A stretch of 64,000 bases of DNA, taken from NCBI GenBank assembly GCA_002245135.1, contig NGBS01001162.1, positions 124,001 to 188,000 on the forward strand, written 5' to 3'. Positions 1-15,590 of this stretch are shown piece after piece. A program made the position numbers and the translations under genes. The stretch's first letter is position 1. Each line of letters begins with the position of its first letter. This DNA is from Proteromonas lacertae (lineage: Eukaryota). Below the pieces are notes generated by a model. The model did not search any database. It was given only the letters and a program-made list of their open reading frames with translations, and was not told the DNA's origin.

Positions 1-3000
1 TAAATCTGGTTCAAGCCAAACTGGATTTCTTGAATTGGAACATTTCACTGTATAATTTGCACTTACTCCATCACATTTTGCTTCATACACTGCATTTGCT
101 GGTGTTGCTGGATATCCTTTCTCTTCATTTGCTTTACATTCTGGTTGTGTTACAACTAATGTTAATTCTACACCATTTGTATAAAATTCTTCTTCTTTAT
201 AATTCACATAACCAGCTACAGATATTTTATATTCTCCTTTATCAGTTGGTTTTCCACTTATTACACCACTTGTCGATATTGTTATACCTTTTGGTAATTC
301 TCCTTTCAATACTTTATATCCATTCAATGTCAATGAACCAGACTTTTTAGGAGTATCAGTCTTATCAGTAAAACCTATATAGAAATCATAACTTTCTTTT
401 TCATAACTTATATTAACCATCGATTTACAATCAGTTATTTCTTCTCCCCATACTCCTGGATAGATTGCTTCACAGGTCTTTGTAACAAATCCGTATTGAT
501 TATTGGAACAACCATTTTTACTAGTTGCTGTTTCTTTTATTGGAGTTGATGGGTATTCTTCATTTCCTTCACATTCTAAATGTTTCACTGTTATTATGAC
601 TGTTAAATTCTTTGAATCAGCTCCATCTCCATTTCTTTTCTTTCCAATTACTATCATGGATAATTCTTCATTTTCTTTTGTTGAATAATCTGAATTTGCT
701 CCATTATAGGTTATTTCACCACTTCCTTCATCAATTGTAACTAGAGATGAAATGTTTTCATTGATTTCTAATATTTGATAATAATCAATTGTATTAAGTA
801 CATTTGTTACTTTACTACTATTCTTGAAGTAAGTATAAAATTCTATCTTGTTCTCTGAATTATATTCAAATTTTGGAACACAGTATCTATCATTTACTTC
901 TCCAAATATTGGATTCTTTTCTAATGGACATAATCTATACTTATATCCTTCACCACTTTCACAATTCTCTAATTTTGATTTTTCACCTATATTCACTTCA
1001 CCAAATCCATCTTCACTTCTCTGACATTTAAGCTGTGTTATTTTCATTGTAATTGGTAGTTCATTTGATTGATATACAATATCTTCATCAGTTACATTAC
1101 CTTGAATCTTTAATACATATGTTCCATCTGAACCTTTACTTGGTATTCCTCTTAATTTACCATTCTCTTCATTAAATGACAAACCAATAGTTTCTATATC
1201 TTCTATTCTTACTCCATCTTTTGATAAGGTAAAACCATATTTCATTGATAATCCTTCATAATCGTTTGTATTACTCCATATGATTTCTTCAGTTTCACTT
1301 TCTAAATCAACAAATAATTCATTCATATTTCCACTATAAGATATTGAAGGTAAAATTCTGCAATGATCTTCTGTACTATCTTCGTCCCAACTGGCTGGAT
1401 ATTCAGCTTTACACTTCTTCAGTTTATAACCATATTTACCACTTTCACAAACACTAGATCTTCCTATTTCACCTGCCATTGTATCTGGAAATCCATTCAT
1501 TTTACTACATCCATGATATGTCACAATTACAGTTAAATCGATTGTTTTCTCATATTTACTATTCTTCAGTTTCAATTTTATATTGTAATTTCCTTCTAAT
1601 TTGGTTGTTCCATGAATTATTCCACTTTTTCTTTCGATTATCAATCCTTCAGGAAGAGTTGTACCATCTGTTAATTCATATGAATCTACTTGGATTGAAC
1701 TTAACGGAGGTATTGAATTCTGAACACCTGTATAAAATTGAAGAGTAGGATATGTTGCACTTGGTTCTGGCAATTCACATTTAGAATCATCAACAATAAG
1801 TTCAGGATTCTTTTTTTTTGGACATGTTAATGTGATTGTACCTATTTTTCCATCAGGACAACTGACTTCTTTTGTTTCACCTGTTAACATTTCATCCCAA
1901 CTATCACTTGTACATTTATATTCTATTCAATTATATAATTAATAATAACATTATACGTTTTATATATATCATTATATTAAAAGTTTTGGTTGTTTCTAAT
2001 GTAGCGCTTATTGTTATATTCTTTGTAGTTTCTTCTCCAACAGCTGTTCCTTTTATTGATCTACTTTCAAAATCAATTGTTATTCCATTGAATGGATTCT
2101 CACTTGCTGAATATGAATAAATTTCTTCAGCAGGAACTGGATACATAGAAAATGTTTCATTTGCTTCAATGCCTAAACCTATATCAAATTCTTTTGGAGT
2201 AATGAAGAAACTAGTTGGGTATTTTAATCTACAATTATCTCTATTTGCATCTCCAAATACTGGACTTTCTGGGTTTGTACATTCCTTCGTTTGATTTCCT
2301 ACATATTCATCTCCACAACTAATTGTAGCTATAGTATTAACTGCAGTTTTTGGCCAGCCTTCTTCTTCACAATATGCATCTATTAAATATATATAATGTA
2401 AAACAATTATACTTTCTATTGCTATAGATATTGAAGCAGTTGTATTTGCTACAGACACAGCTTTTATTACATATTCTTTCTTTTCATATAGAACAGTTAC
2501 TATTCCTTTTATTTGACCTGATTTTTCTATTTTTAATCCACTTGGTAATTCGGGAATAATCTCAAAATAGTAAATATCACCATCAGTAGTTGGAATATCA
2601 GTCTCAAATGGTTGATAAATTGTTCCTTCATATTCTTGTTTGGAGTATTGTAAAATAGTATTCTCTTTGGCTTCTTCTTTTACTTCAATTGACAATATTA
2701 TGGTTATTTCATTTTCAATAGCAGTTGATGATACAGTTATTACATATTCTGCTGTTTCAGATATACTTGTTGGTTTTCCAGATATTTCACCAGTTTTTGG
2801 ATCAATAACATTAAAACCTGCAGGTAATGTTTTATCTATTGTAAATTCATAACTATCTTGATTTAGCCCATACAATGTAGGTCTTACCATTACATCTTGA
2901 TTCCTGTAGAATATATAACTTGAAGAACCATAAACAACACCATAGCATTCTGAATCATCTACTTCAGAGGACCAAACACCATCTGATAAACACATCTTCT

Positions 3001-6000
3001 TTCTTTTTCCTAATAATGGAGAAATACAATCAGCATAACCATAATCACCTTGATTTGCACTTGAAAATCCATCTGCTTCATTACATATTGTATTAACAGT
3101 AATATTTACTACAATTGATTTAACATTACCTTGATAATTTCCTTCAATTGAACATAATACTGAACCAGGTACAATTGATTTTCCATAGATTCTTCCTGTT
3201 AAAGAATCAATATTTATTCCTGATGGTAAACTACAATAATGTTTGAATGAATCAAATGTTTTGCCTTCAGGCAATGTTGGACTATAAGTGTTTTCTTCTT
3301 TTCCATTAAATGACAATTGATTTGTTCCTTCGTTATATGAAAAATCTAAATCTATCACATTACATTCACTAATTGACCATTCACCATTTTCTTGACATAA
3401 TCCTGTTTTTTCACCAACTGCAGCTTCAGATATACAAGGTAATGAATATGTATTACCTTGATATGAAGTAGGAAAGCCATCTTTAGCAATACAGATTTTG
3501 GGTTTACAAATATAAATAGACATTTCTCCTATTTGAACACCATCTGCACCATCAGTTGTTTTATGTTTTACTAACATTTGAATAGCATTAAATGCTTTAA
3601 AATCTGTTCTCTTTATATAAAAATCAGTTGGAATTGCTGCTTGTTTAGGCAAATTACCATCTTCAATTGTTTGAATTTTATCTGTCCAATGATTATATGC
3701 TGTTATTGAATGAGACATTGATCCTTGTATATCCCATGATTTAGGATTTCTTATATGCCATTCATCATTAGCAGTCCAAAGAGTGTATTTGTTGAAGTAA
3801 ACATATTGGCCATCTTTGAAAAACACTTCTCCTGATAGCCATTTATTAGTATTATCAGCTGGAATATATAATTTAGTATTTATATCACCATCAATTAGAT
3901 TATTTCCTCCTTCACTATCACCTTTTTCTTTTTCCATGTGTCTATTAGCTCCTGTATCACGATCATATGAAAGTCCATATCCTTCCATTGTTCCATCATA
4001 TATATTTAGTTTACTGCATTCATTATTTGATTCAGCATAATTCAATATAAATCTAAATGGATCTTTTTGATTACTATGAACATTTGAAGTTTGTATTTCT
4101 AATGCAACATAATTTATCCCTATATTTAATATATCAATTCCCATTTTAATTTGAGCTTTTCTTTGTCCATCAAATGATTTATATGTAAATATCTCATTTG
4201 AGTTTATATAAATCTTCACTTTGCCTTCATAAGTGCAATCAATATTTATATAAGCATATGATGCTTTAACAACATCATAACTAAATATCTTTCTATATAA
4301 TCTATAAACATTACTTTTGTTTGGTATTGTAGATGGTTTTGAAACTGGCCATTCATCACTATTCATTGTAAAATCTTTAGTCCAATCAGTTGTTTCTTTA
4401 TTTCCATTAAAATAAGCCCATTCACTATCAGCAGATATAGAACTGTCTGTAGTATCATAAAAATATATTGTTTTCTTTGAACTTGAATTTTCATTGAATG
4501 ATTCTTCTATTACCTGTTCAGGAGTTTTCTTTAATGTTATTATCACTTTACTATTAATCCATCTTGTATTTGTTGTACTTCCTATTATTAATTTCATCTT
4601 CTCATATTGACTTACGCAGTATGATCTTATATAATTATTGTTTATTTCTAATCCTTCATATACAAAATATTTTGTTTCTTGTGATGATAATTCTACATAC
4701 ATTTCATTTCCACTATTGCCACTCTCTATATTGATTAAAATTGGAATGTTTGGTGAAACACAGGATATTACTTGAATATTTTTAGTTAGTTTTACACTAC
4801 TTCCTTTATCATTTGATCCTATTACACTGAAGGAATATACTCCACTTACAAAATAACCATTTAATCTTCCAGTTTGTTCATTTACATGAATCGTTGAGGG
4901 TAATAAACCAGTAAATGTTAAGGTATTTGCTCCATTTATTATATCCAACATATAATCAACATAAGTATATGCTTGTAAAGTAACTGGAATATCATTGTAA
5001 CTTAACACTGGAATATTTGAATGTGTATGAGTAAATCTAATTGTTTCATCGGTTGAACCATCTTTCACTTTGTATTCTTTATAAACATATTTACCTGAAT
5101 TCTTCATTATTATTGAAGGACCATATACTGCTGTTGATGTTACTATCACTTGATAATCTCCTTGAGCTAAACATAAATGATAAACATTTGATGTAAATTT
5201 ATCAAAATTGTAATAAACATTTAATACATTATTTCCTTGTTTCAAATTGATTGAAAACTCAGGATTCATTGTTGAAACAAATAATGATAATACTTCACCA
5301 TCATTATCACATCCAATAATCTCAAGATGAATTGTTACAGATGTTTCTCCCACACTGTTTATACAATATACTATCACATCTTTATTAAATGCTTCTAATG
5401 GAATACCATAAATCCTTCCTGTTGCAATATCAATTGATAACCCACTTGGTAAATCATTACAACTATATTTCACATTTTTACCACTTAATAATGTTGCGCT
5501 AATTTCATTTATTGATGTTAATACTTTTCCATAAATATTATTCTTTGAATAGCTTAAACCACTTGGAATTGTATTATCATTTACTTTCAATTCTATTAAA
5601 CTATGTATATAAGTTGGATTATCACCTGATGTTTTTCCTTCAATTATATATTTCTGATTTGCTTGGCTAATCAATGGTGTACCAACAATCACTCCTTTAT
5701 TTGTTACAGACATTCCATTAGGTAAAGATGGATATGAATTGAATGATATGAAGTTATTGCTTGATATTGATGTAAATATTGGTTTATTATCACTTATTGC
5801 TATGTTTATATCATATACATTATATCTGTAAGTCATTTCGAATTGACTTGTTGATGAATGATAGAAGTAAGTTGATGGTATTTCTATTGGGTTTGGTTGA
5901 CTTGTATAACTCCATTTTATATTTATATATGACTTGGCATTTGATGATGATTTCCAATATACTATTCTGATTGGAATTAATCCTTTTCCTAAACTCAAAT

Positions 6001-9000
6001 ATTCAGTTGTAGAGGATTTTATTCCACATCCTTTTGTTGAGATTTTTTGATCACCAAGAGTAATATCAATTGAATCAGTTACTTCAATATAAAATACATA
6101 ATTTGTTGATTCTGGTATTTCCAAATATCCATTCCAGATTACTACAAAGTTATTCTTAAATTCATTGTTTAATCCATCCCAATAAGAATCACTATCTTCA
6201 TGACTAATCACATTATCTATTCTTTCATAACTTTTAATCATTTCACTCAACTCATTTGTTGGATCTTCATTACATTTTATGTTATTTCCACTATAATATT
6301 CACCTAATAAACCTCTTGGATAATTACTAATTGATTTTTCTACAAATAATAAAGATAACTTTGTTTTTATTGTTACTGATTCGGTGTTTAAAGTGATTTC
6401 TATATCCATTGTTGTTGCTTCATTTACACTTCCACTAATTACTCCATTTGAAAATGTTAATCCTTTTCCTTCAGGTATTGTATTTTCCCAACTTCCAAAT
6501 GATATTGCATTTGTTGGAGTTATATTCACTTCTTCATTCAGAGAGAATATAAAATGACTATTTGGATAATCTAAATATTGAACTATCTCTTTATTGGATA
6601 TTCCTTCAGATACTACTGTTAAACTGAATGTAACACTTGTGGAGTATTTTGAATTGGATATTACAATAGTTACTGCTTTTGCTTCTACTGTTTCACTGGT
6701 TTGACCACTTATTGAACCATCTTTATTCAGAATTAATCCATTTGGTAATGTTAAACTGTTATAAGATGAAATTGATCCATAACATCTTGGTGGTTTTATA
6801 TTTATATCGGAATTTGATACTATCTTCAATTCATTAAATCCATAACTACAATCACTTATTTCACCTGTTATTTCTAATGTAAATGTTACAATATCATAAC
6901 CATTATTATCAGAATTCAATCTCATTGTATAAACAATTGAAGGAGTTGAATATCCTGAAGAACCACTTATTAAACCATTTCCCATATGTTTTATACCACT
7001 TGGTAATGATGGAATTACTTTTACACTTGTTATCCTTCCTTGACATACTGGAGTTATTGTTACTGGATTATTTGCTTCTACAGAATAATTAATAACTTGT
7101 AATGAACATATTGGAGATTGACCATTTGTACATTCACTATAATCAATTATTCCACTCCAAATTGGACCATTCGAATCAGCTGTACATAATTGATAAACAT
7201 ATCCTGACATTCCACTTGGACATCTGCTTTTACCTTTATTTCCAACTGTTGCTGAAGTAAATCCATTTGATTCTTTACATTCTGCTGATTCTATAACAAC
7301 CTTTAATGTAGCTGTTATTATTGTATCACTTTCGAATAATAATCCTTCAATTTCATAAGTGTAAGCTTTAGGTATTTCAATATTTCCAGTAACTATTCCA
7401 GTGTTTTCATCTATTTCTACATTATTGAGTTCTTCATTATTTTTAAATCTAAATAATCTAAATGAGCCTTTATCTATTATTGGATTTGCTGTGAATGTAA
7501 AACCACTATATCCTTTAACTTCATCATAACTTAGTGACGATGGTCGAGTATTTAATATACAAACACTTCTATCAGCAGATTGCCATATTCCTTCTATTGA
7601 ACATAATCTTGTTTGTTTTCCTGTATATCCTTTTCCACATTCTATTGTTACAGTATTTCCTCCTTTGGTTTCAGGCCAATATAATGATTTATCATTTTCT
7701 GTTACTTCTGATAGACAGTATTTTGTTTCACAGATACTCATTCCCCATTCACTTAAAGATAAACCCAATGAACATTCTTCATTTCCACCTTCATTCTTTA
7801 ATGTTAATACTAATTTATATGCTTCAAATACATATGATGACATTTCATTATTAATGATTTTATATTCATATTTTGTTTTTCTAGACCAATTGAGATTATT
7901 TTGATTATCTATTTTTATCCAACTAGAACTTGCATCACTTCCTCCATAGCTAATTGTTCCATATAATTCAAAACTAACTGGATCATTCACTTCACATAAA
8001 CTGTTTGAAACTAGATAATATGAGTTTATATTCTTAATATTATTATCATTAAAAGACATTATTATTGTTGTTTTATCTGATTCAGTTTTAGCTATTTTAT
8101 ATTCTGTCTCTTCATTTCCATCTATCAAATTATTGATCAAATGATTCTCATCAACTCCTTCTTCACCATTCATATTTACATTATCATTTTGTTTAATACA
8201 TGAATCAGACACTTCTGTTGAATATTGTAACAATAATGAAAACTTATCAGAATGTTCAGTTTCTGGGTTTTCACTACGAAGTTCAATTCCAATTACATTA
8301 TCTCCTATATTCATTATACTTGAATCAGCTATTATATGTTTTACATATTCACCAGTTGTGCCTCCAACAACAATATCTTCGCTGTTTAGATTCTTGGTGT
8401 AAAATAATTTTCCATTTATAAATATCTTTATTCCTGCTGTAAATTCTACAGTTCCTGTTATACTAAATGAATTTATTCTATTCATTAAATTGATTGATTT
8501 TCTTAAATAAATAGTTCCTATTGAATTTGGAATATTATTATTTAATATTGATTTCCATCTTGATGATGGTATAAAATCAACATTATTCCATCCACTTTCT
8601 ATTGAATTACCTGATATATAAAGGTAAATATCGGTTGATGTAACTAAATAATTATTACTGATTATATATTCTTTTGATTCTATATTATCATCTAATCTAA
8701 AACTAGTTGGATTGGTGTTGCCTATGACTATTTGAACATTTGAATCACTTTCCCAAGCTTTGGAATTTTCACTTCCTACTATTACTTTATAATTACCTTT
8801 TGATAAACAGAAGCTCCATTTATGAATTTCATATGATTCAAAATAGATGTATTCTATTAAAGTACTACTTCCAAATTCTACATTCAATTTTTGTTGTTTA
8901 GAATTATCAGCTGTCATTATTATATTCACTAAATCATAGTGATCATTACATAATGATATTTTATTAATCATAATTGATACTTCGGATGATGTTGATATTA

Positions 9001-12000
9001 GATTTGTGGCTGTTATTCTTAAAGTGATTGTTTCTAATTCATTTGATGGGAAATAACCTGATATTTCACCTGTTTTATCATCAAATATCATTGCACTGGG
9101 TAAATCATTTGGATTTTTCAATTCAAATCTATTAGCTCCATTCATAATTGATAACGGGGATATGAAGATGAAATTGTTCATTAAATATTTATTATCTGAT
9201 GGATATGTGATTATTGGATTTGATTCAGTATTTAATGAGATTATACTTTCCACTTTATCTTCATTATCATTCATTCTACCAGATTTTAATAACAGATTTT
9301 TATCAGTGTATAATCTATATTTCAATCCTTGACCTGAATGACTGATTATTGATAATTTCAATTCATTATCATTTATACACTGCAAAAATGAATAACTACT
9401 TTTCTTTGAGGATGAATATTGAGAATAATAAAGTGCTGAGGATGTTGAACTTCTTAATTCTAAGGTAAAATCATTATCATAACATTCATAACTCAAATAC
9501 ACAAATTTCATACTACCTTCACAACCATTTAAGGTAATTGTAAATTCATTACTAATTGTTTTACCAGCTGAGTTTTCATAACTAATTTTTAGTGTAAATA
9601 CTCCAGATTCTTTAGATATTCCACTTATATATCCATTCTCAGAATCTAATTCTAATCCATTTGGTAAATTCCCACTTTCTATTTTATAAACACCATATTC
9701 TCCATTTTCGATTGTTGGTATAATTTTCTTTATATTAACACCTATTGAACCAACTGAATTATCATAATGTAAACTATCGGGATGTGGATAATACACTACT
9801 GTTATGGTTATTCTGCTATTTATTACCTCATTTTCATTATTCTTATTTGTTGCTGTTATAGTATAAACTACTTTGTTTATTAATTCTTGTGGTGTTCCAC
9901 TTATTTCACCATTCTCTGAATTGAAATGCATTCCATTTGGTAATGTTGGTTTGATTCTGTATGTATAATCACTTATACTTGTTGTTGAATATGATAATAT
10001 TGGTCTATTATTCATCATTTCACTATCTCTTGTTAATTTATCAACTACTCTTTCATATTCTAATCTATTTGTTGAAACAAAGAATAACATATCACTTGGA
10101 ACTATTATAGTCATTGTACCAGCTCTTTCATAGTATAGTTTAAACATAGTATATTCTTCAGTATTACTCTTCCAATATAATATATCAATACTATGCATTC
10201 CGCTTGATAATTCGATTGAATTACTCATTTTATTATGAGTAGAACAATCATAATATGATAATACTTCATTATTATCAATTTTTAATACTACACTATCATA
10301 TGATTCAATTCTAAACTTATAGCTACTTTCTATATCTATCTTTATATAACCATACCAATGAACAACAAAATTATTCTTAAATTCGCTTGTTAAACCATCC
10401 CATATTTCATTACTCTTCTCATGATTTATATCTACATCTATTTTCTTATATGAAACTTCAATATTATCATAATTTGGCTTTTCATTACATTTTACATCTA
10501 ATAATGAATAATATTCACCTGTTAATCCATTGTTTGTCAAGGAAGTTATATCCACAACTGCAATTGGTAAAACTGTTGATAATCTATCAATGCCATTCGT
10601 AGCTGTAATTACATAATCTGTAAATACAGATTTTACATTTGTAGAACCAGATATTTCTCCTGTTTTATTATTAAAATATAAACCAGGTGGCAGTGATGGT
10701 GATATATCAAATTTGGTTATTAATCCATACACTCTTGGTATTAATCTATTCATTTCTTTACCAATTTCTATTATATATTCTGAATATTCATAATCAAGTC
10801 TTGATACTGGAATTAAATCAGGAATAATTATAGATGGATCAAATGGTTGAAAACTATTTTCACCTGGTTTTTTCCATTTCAGAAATGCACTATTCTTACC
10901 ACCACCACCATAATATAAAACTCCAATTGCATGATATCCTTTCTTTGCATTTACATTCACTGTTATAGTTGTTTTATAGCTTTTGGAATGTGATTTAGCA
11001 ATATTCATATCATCAAAATATAAAATTGTATCATCATCAACATTAGATATAAATGTATATGTTCCTTCTGTTTCTATATTAATCAATCCTGTATATTTGA
11101 ATGTTGAATAAAAAAATCCCACATCTTGACATTTATCATTACATGTAATATTCATAGTTGATGATTCAAAACCAGTATATACAATATCATATACTCCTTC
11201 AATATCCATATTTGTCCAATATGGTTCAGTATCTGGTAAATTGTTTAGAGTAAATTGATTGATCTTTGTTTTTCTAAATGTAAATCCTTTACTATTGAAT
11301 TCTTTAATTGGATTTAATGTCATTCTATACTCAGTATGTTGATTATAAATATCTACTATTGTCATTGTTACTTCTATTGGTTCTTTTTCATAATAGGAGG
11401 TTTGACCCATAATAATACCTACTCGATCTTCATTATTCAAAACATTTAAACCGCATAATAATCTACTACTGGTTACACTAACTGATTTTAAATTGTTATT
11501 ACATTCTGGTTTTTGAATAGTTGTTTTTGTTAATGGCATTATCATCCAATCAGATTTTGCATATTCACATACTAATGGCTCAAGTATTTCAATCTCTACT
11601 GTTAAATCCACATTACTTAAACCGCCAACTATTATTATTACTCTTTTAGCTGTTTTAATGTTAAATTTAATACTACCATCTTTATCTAATTTCACACCAT
11701 CTACTTCATTCTTTAATACAGCTGAATTCATGATTGCATTGCAATATGGGATTAATGTATAACTAGCATCACTAATATAATGATTATCTACTATATATTC
11801 ACATGATGGAACACTCTCAGGATTTGATATTTCAATTGTTTTCTCTATTCTCTTTTCTAAACCATCTTTCTTCAATTTAATAACAGTATCATAAGTATTT
11901 GTTGTTGTTGGAATTCCATTTATTACTCCATTATTATCAATACTTAAACCATCAGGTAAATTTTCCACTTCAAATGTAAAACCACTTAAGAATGACTGTT

Positions 12001-15000
12001 CAATTGTTGGGAATAGAGTTGGTATTTTTACTCCTTTATAATACTTAGATTTCAAGTTTGGATATTCAAATTTGATTGGCATTTTATTAATACAATTGTT
12101 ATTTATTGAAGAAAAAACACCATATTTACTATCAATATCTTCAACTAATTCACATATTCGATATTGAATACCTGTTTCATCAGATGCACAATCTTTTGTA
12201 ACAACTTCTCCAACTTCAGTCTCAGGCCAACCATAATCACTACATGAAAGTGGTGATATAACTAATGTAAAAGATATGTCAATTTCATGCTCGTCAGAAA
12301 CTACAATATTTATAGGATAAGATCCAGATTTAATAAATATTCCAATTATTATACCAGTATCTTCATCAAATTCAATTTCTTTAGGTAAATTTGTTGCTTT
12401 GAATTTTGTTATACCTGGTCTTAATGGTTCAACTAATGGTCTTATTGTAAATGGATTATAAACAAAATAACGATCTAATAAAACATATGATGCTTTCGTT
12501 GGATATGGATCTCTGCAATTACTATCATCAATTGAATCAGCCCAAACTGGTTGATCATTTACATTTAAGCATTCTTTTGTTCTATTACCAATTTTGGGTG
12601 ATAAACATGGTATAGTAGCTGTTGTGGATATTGTTGTATCTGGAAATCCATCTTTATCATTATCACACTTCTTTGGGCCTGTAAAATGGATTGTAATTGG
12701 GATTTCTTTTACTTCACTTTCACCACTCTTTATTTTAACTGTACAACTAATTGTTTTTTCTGTTTCATCAGTTATTATTCCATATATACTTCCATCTCCT
12801 TTATTCAAATATAATCCACTTTCTAAATCAGGGGTTATTTCCCAATTTGTTGCTGCGCCATCTACTGTTGGAGTATAAGAACCATATAAATGAGGAATAA
12901 AATCAAGTTGATTTGGATATATAACAGTTGTAGCATAATTTTCGTATATTGTAACAACCATTTTTATATTCAATTCATTATTACTATTTTTGAATTTAAT
13001 GTTACAAGTAACTTTTTCTCTTGCATTGGCTGTATTAAATGTTAATTTTCCATCAACTGAATTTCCACTAATAAAGTCACATGTTGAAGATATTTCATCT
13101 ACTGGATATTTGTATGTTATTGGAGTTAATACTAAGTTATTACTAGTCTTTAATAATAATGTTGATCTATCATATTCTACTATTGGAGTTTTATATTCAC
13201 AACTTAAACTAATATCTCCAAAATGACCATCTGCACCACATAATCTGCTAGTAACTAATAATTGATCATTTGTACAAGCACCACAATTACTTTCTTTCTC
13301 TGGATCACATATCTTTTTACTATATTCGCCATATTCAACTGTCATATAACCATCTTCAGTTGTTGGACAAATCACTGTCGTTGAAACAATATGTAATAAT
13401 GTCTTCATATCTTTATTGTGAGAATCTATATGACTAGTTACTTCAACATAAAAATCAGCATTCTTTGTAAAAGTACCAAATATTCTGCCATTTACTGCAT
13501 CTAATGATATTTCAGGATCAGTATTATTCCATACAATAGAATCATATAACTGAGAAGGTATAAACTCTAATTCAATATTCTTGAAGAAATCTAATAGATT
13601 ATTAACACCATATTTAACTTGCTTAATTGGAAAACATTTATCAGTTTTATGTTGCCAACTTGGTTTATTAAATCCATAACATAAATCATATTCATATCCA
13701 TAAACATCATCACCACTACATGCATTTCCTTTAATTACCGTTCCTTGAGTTGCTGTTGGTAATAAACCAGAAGAATCACATATCATGGTAGATGCCAAAC
13801 CACGATAATATAATCTGCATTCACCCATTTTATAACTACATTTTCCACTTGATGATGCAGCATATGTGTTCTTGAATTCCCATCTAATAGCTTCATATGA
13901 AGGTACTCTGTTATTAAATGGTCTAAAATTCTGACCATTACCTGAATCAAAACCACCATTAGGGAAATCTTGAATTAATTCATAATCATCAGGTGAACTA
14001 ATATCAAATTTACCATACCAAGCATAATCTTTAACACTTTGAGCTGAAGTAACACCTTTATTCATTGGATTAATATATGATATTGCCATTGATTTAGTGT
14101 GTGGCCATTGATATGTAATATTAACTGGAGTTGGATAACCACCGTTTACACATGGTGTAACTAGATCAATATAACTTCCCTCATTTATATCAAGTAATTT
14201 CTTCCCTTCTTCCCAATTGAAAGATGGAATTTGTTCAGACCAAAAGTTCATTGCATTATCTCTGTTGTTAGTTGGACCTTCACTTACACCAGCCCATGTA
14301 CCAGTTGTGATACTTTTAAATTCAGATATTGAGAATAAAATATCACTTGGATTAGTATTAGCTTTATGAATTTCAATACTTAACCAATTTTTACCATTTC
14401 TTAAATAATTACTGGATATTGTAATTTGTTGGTTTGTTAATGTTATTGTTCTAGATTTTGGCGTATACATACCTATTGTTCTTATATCACCATCAATATT
14501 CTTCTTGTAAAACATCTCTCCATTCAAATAGAAAATCAATCCATCGGAATAACTGACTTTCAAGCTTAGTCTAGTTTGTTTATTAATATCAGGAACAGTG
14601 AAGCTTCCTCTAATATAAGTGGTAAATTTAGAAACAGATTTCTTCGAATCAGCATTAAAGTCTGGCCAGTTGTCAGCACTAACACCAATATCTTTCCAAC
14701 CTTTTTTATAAGTAGTAGAATACTTTAAGCTAAGCTGAGGAAGGAAATTAATAACTTCTTCATTATCTAGCTGTCTAGAAGGTCTAGATATTGTAAGATA
14801 TAAATGGAATTTCTCATTCTTGTTAATTGTAACTTTATATTCAGTTGTTGGGAAAGTATAATTTACTGAGCCAGTAATTTCGAATTCCTTAGTAATGTAC
14901 AACCCTTCAGGTAATTTTGGTAATATTTCTAAAGTTTTGATTATTTTATCACACCTTAATGGAATTGAAATAATGTCATCTTGACTTAACTCGAAACTCT

Positions 15001-15104
15001 TACCATCGAATGAGCATCCTTTTATGGTGCCTAATCGCTATAAATAATAATAATATACTGGTGCTTGCTATAAACACACAGATAAAAAAGATTAAAATTT
15101 TCAT
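1..15104 (-). CDS. Giant (>=5000 aa, 3' end outside window) secreted/surface protein with putative Ig (He_PIG-like) repeats, three PA14 domains, galactose-binding/F5-8C-like domains and many HRM-like 4-Cys modules
   Basis: ATG at 15104 gives a signal peptide (MKILIFFICVFIASTS). GT-AG introns at 15031-15058, 2380-2412 (in-frame) and 1923-1956 join exon 1, the 4323 aa ORF and an apparently open frame running to base 1. Motifs: LPxGLxIDxxTGxIxGxP (He_PIG), GLxGEYY...NNFVVxWxGY (PA14), NLIDG...YTLWTAND...NPKSW (discoidin-like), Cxxx(G)WPxT...C...G...RxC...W...C (HRM-like). Confidence 0.88.
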
Positions 15105-15590
15105 ATTTGTTTGAGTGAAGCTTGCGAAATGGGATGATAAAAAGATAAAATCCTATATAAAATATTTCATTGTTTATTAAATGGAGTGTTTTCGATTATT
15201 AAGAGAAATAGTAAGAAACTAATGTTCATTTTAAGATATTTTGCAGTCTCCTACCATGGGTGTTTATAAACAACAAAGAGTAGTATATTATGGTCCCATT
15301 CATTAGTTAAATTTCAATACTATAAAAAATATGACTGTTATTTATTAATAATCAAAAAAAAACTAACAGGAACAGAAGATTAGTACTGAATGTAATTTTA
15401 ACAAAAAGTTCTAGCAATTAATCAATTTTTCTATAAATAGTTGAAGTGTTAGAAAAAAATATAACTATGTAATAAAAACCGTTTTTTATATTTTGTTAAG
15501 TGTATTTGTGTAAATTATGTAAAAATTTTGTTAATTGTAATACACTTTATACACTGTATTTTGAGTATTTGTGTTATTTTTAAAGAATTT

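Noticed and set aside
30..13226. Many short + strand ORFs (L/I/H/Y-rich) over the giant gene, and similar antisense ORFs across the window
   Set aside because: Shadow ORFs opposite long AT-rich coding exons; no motifs.
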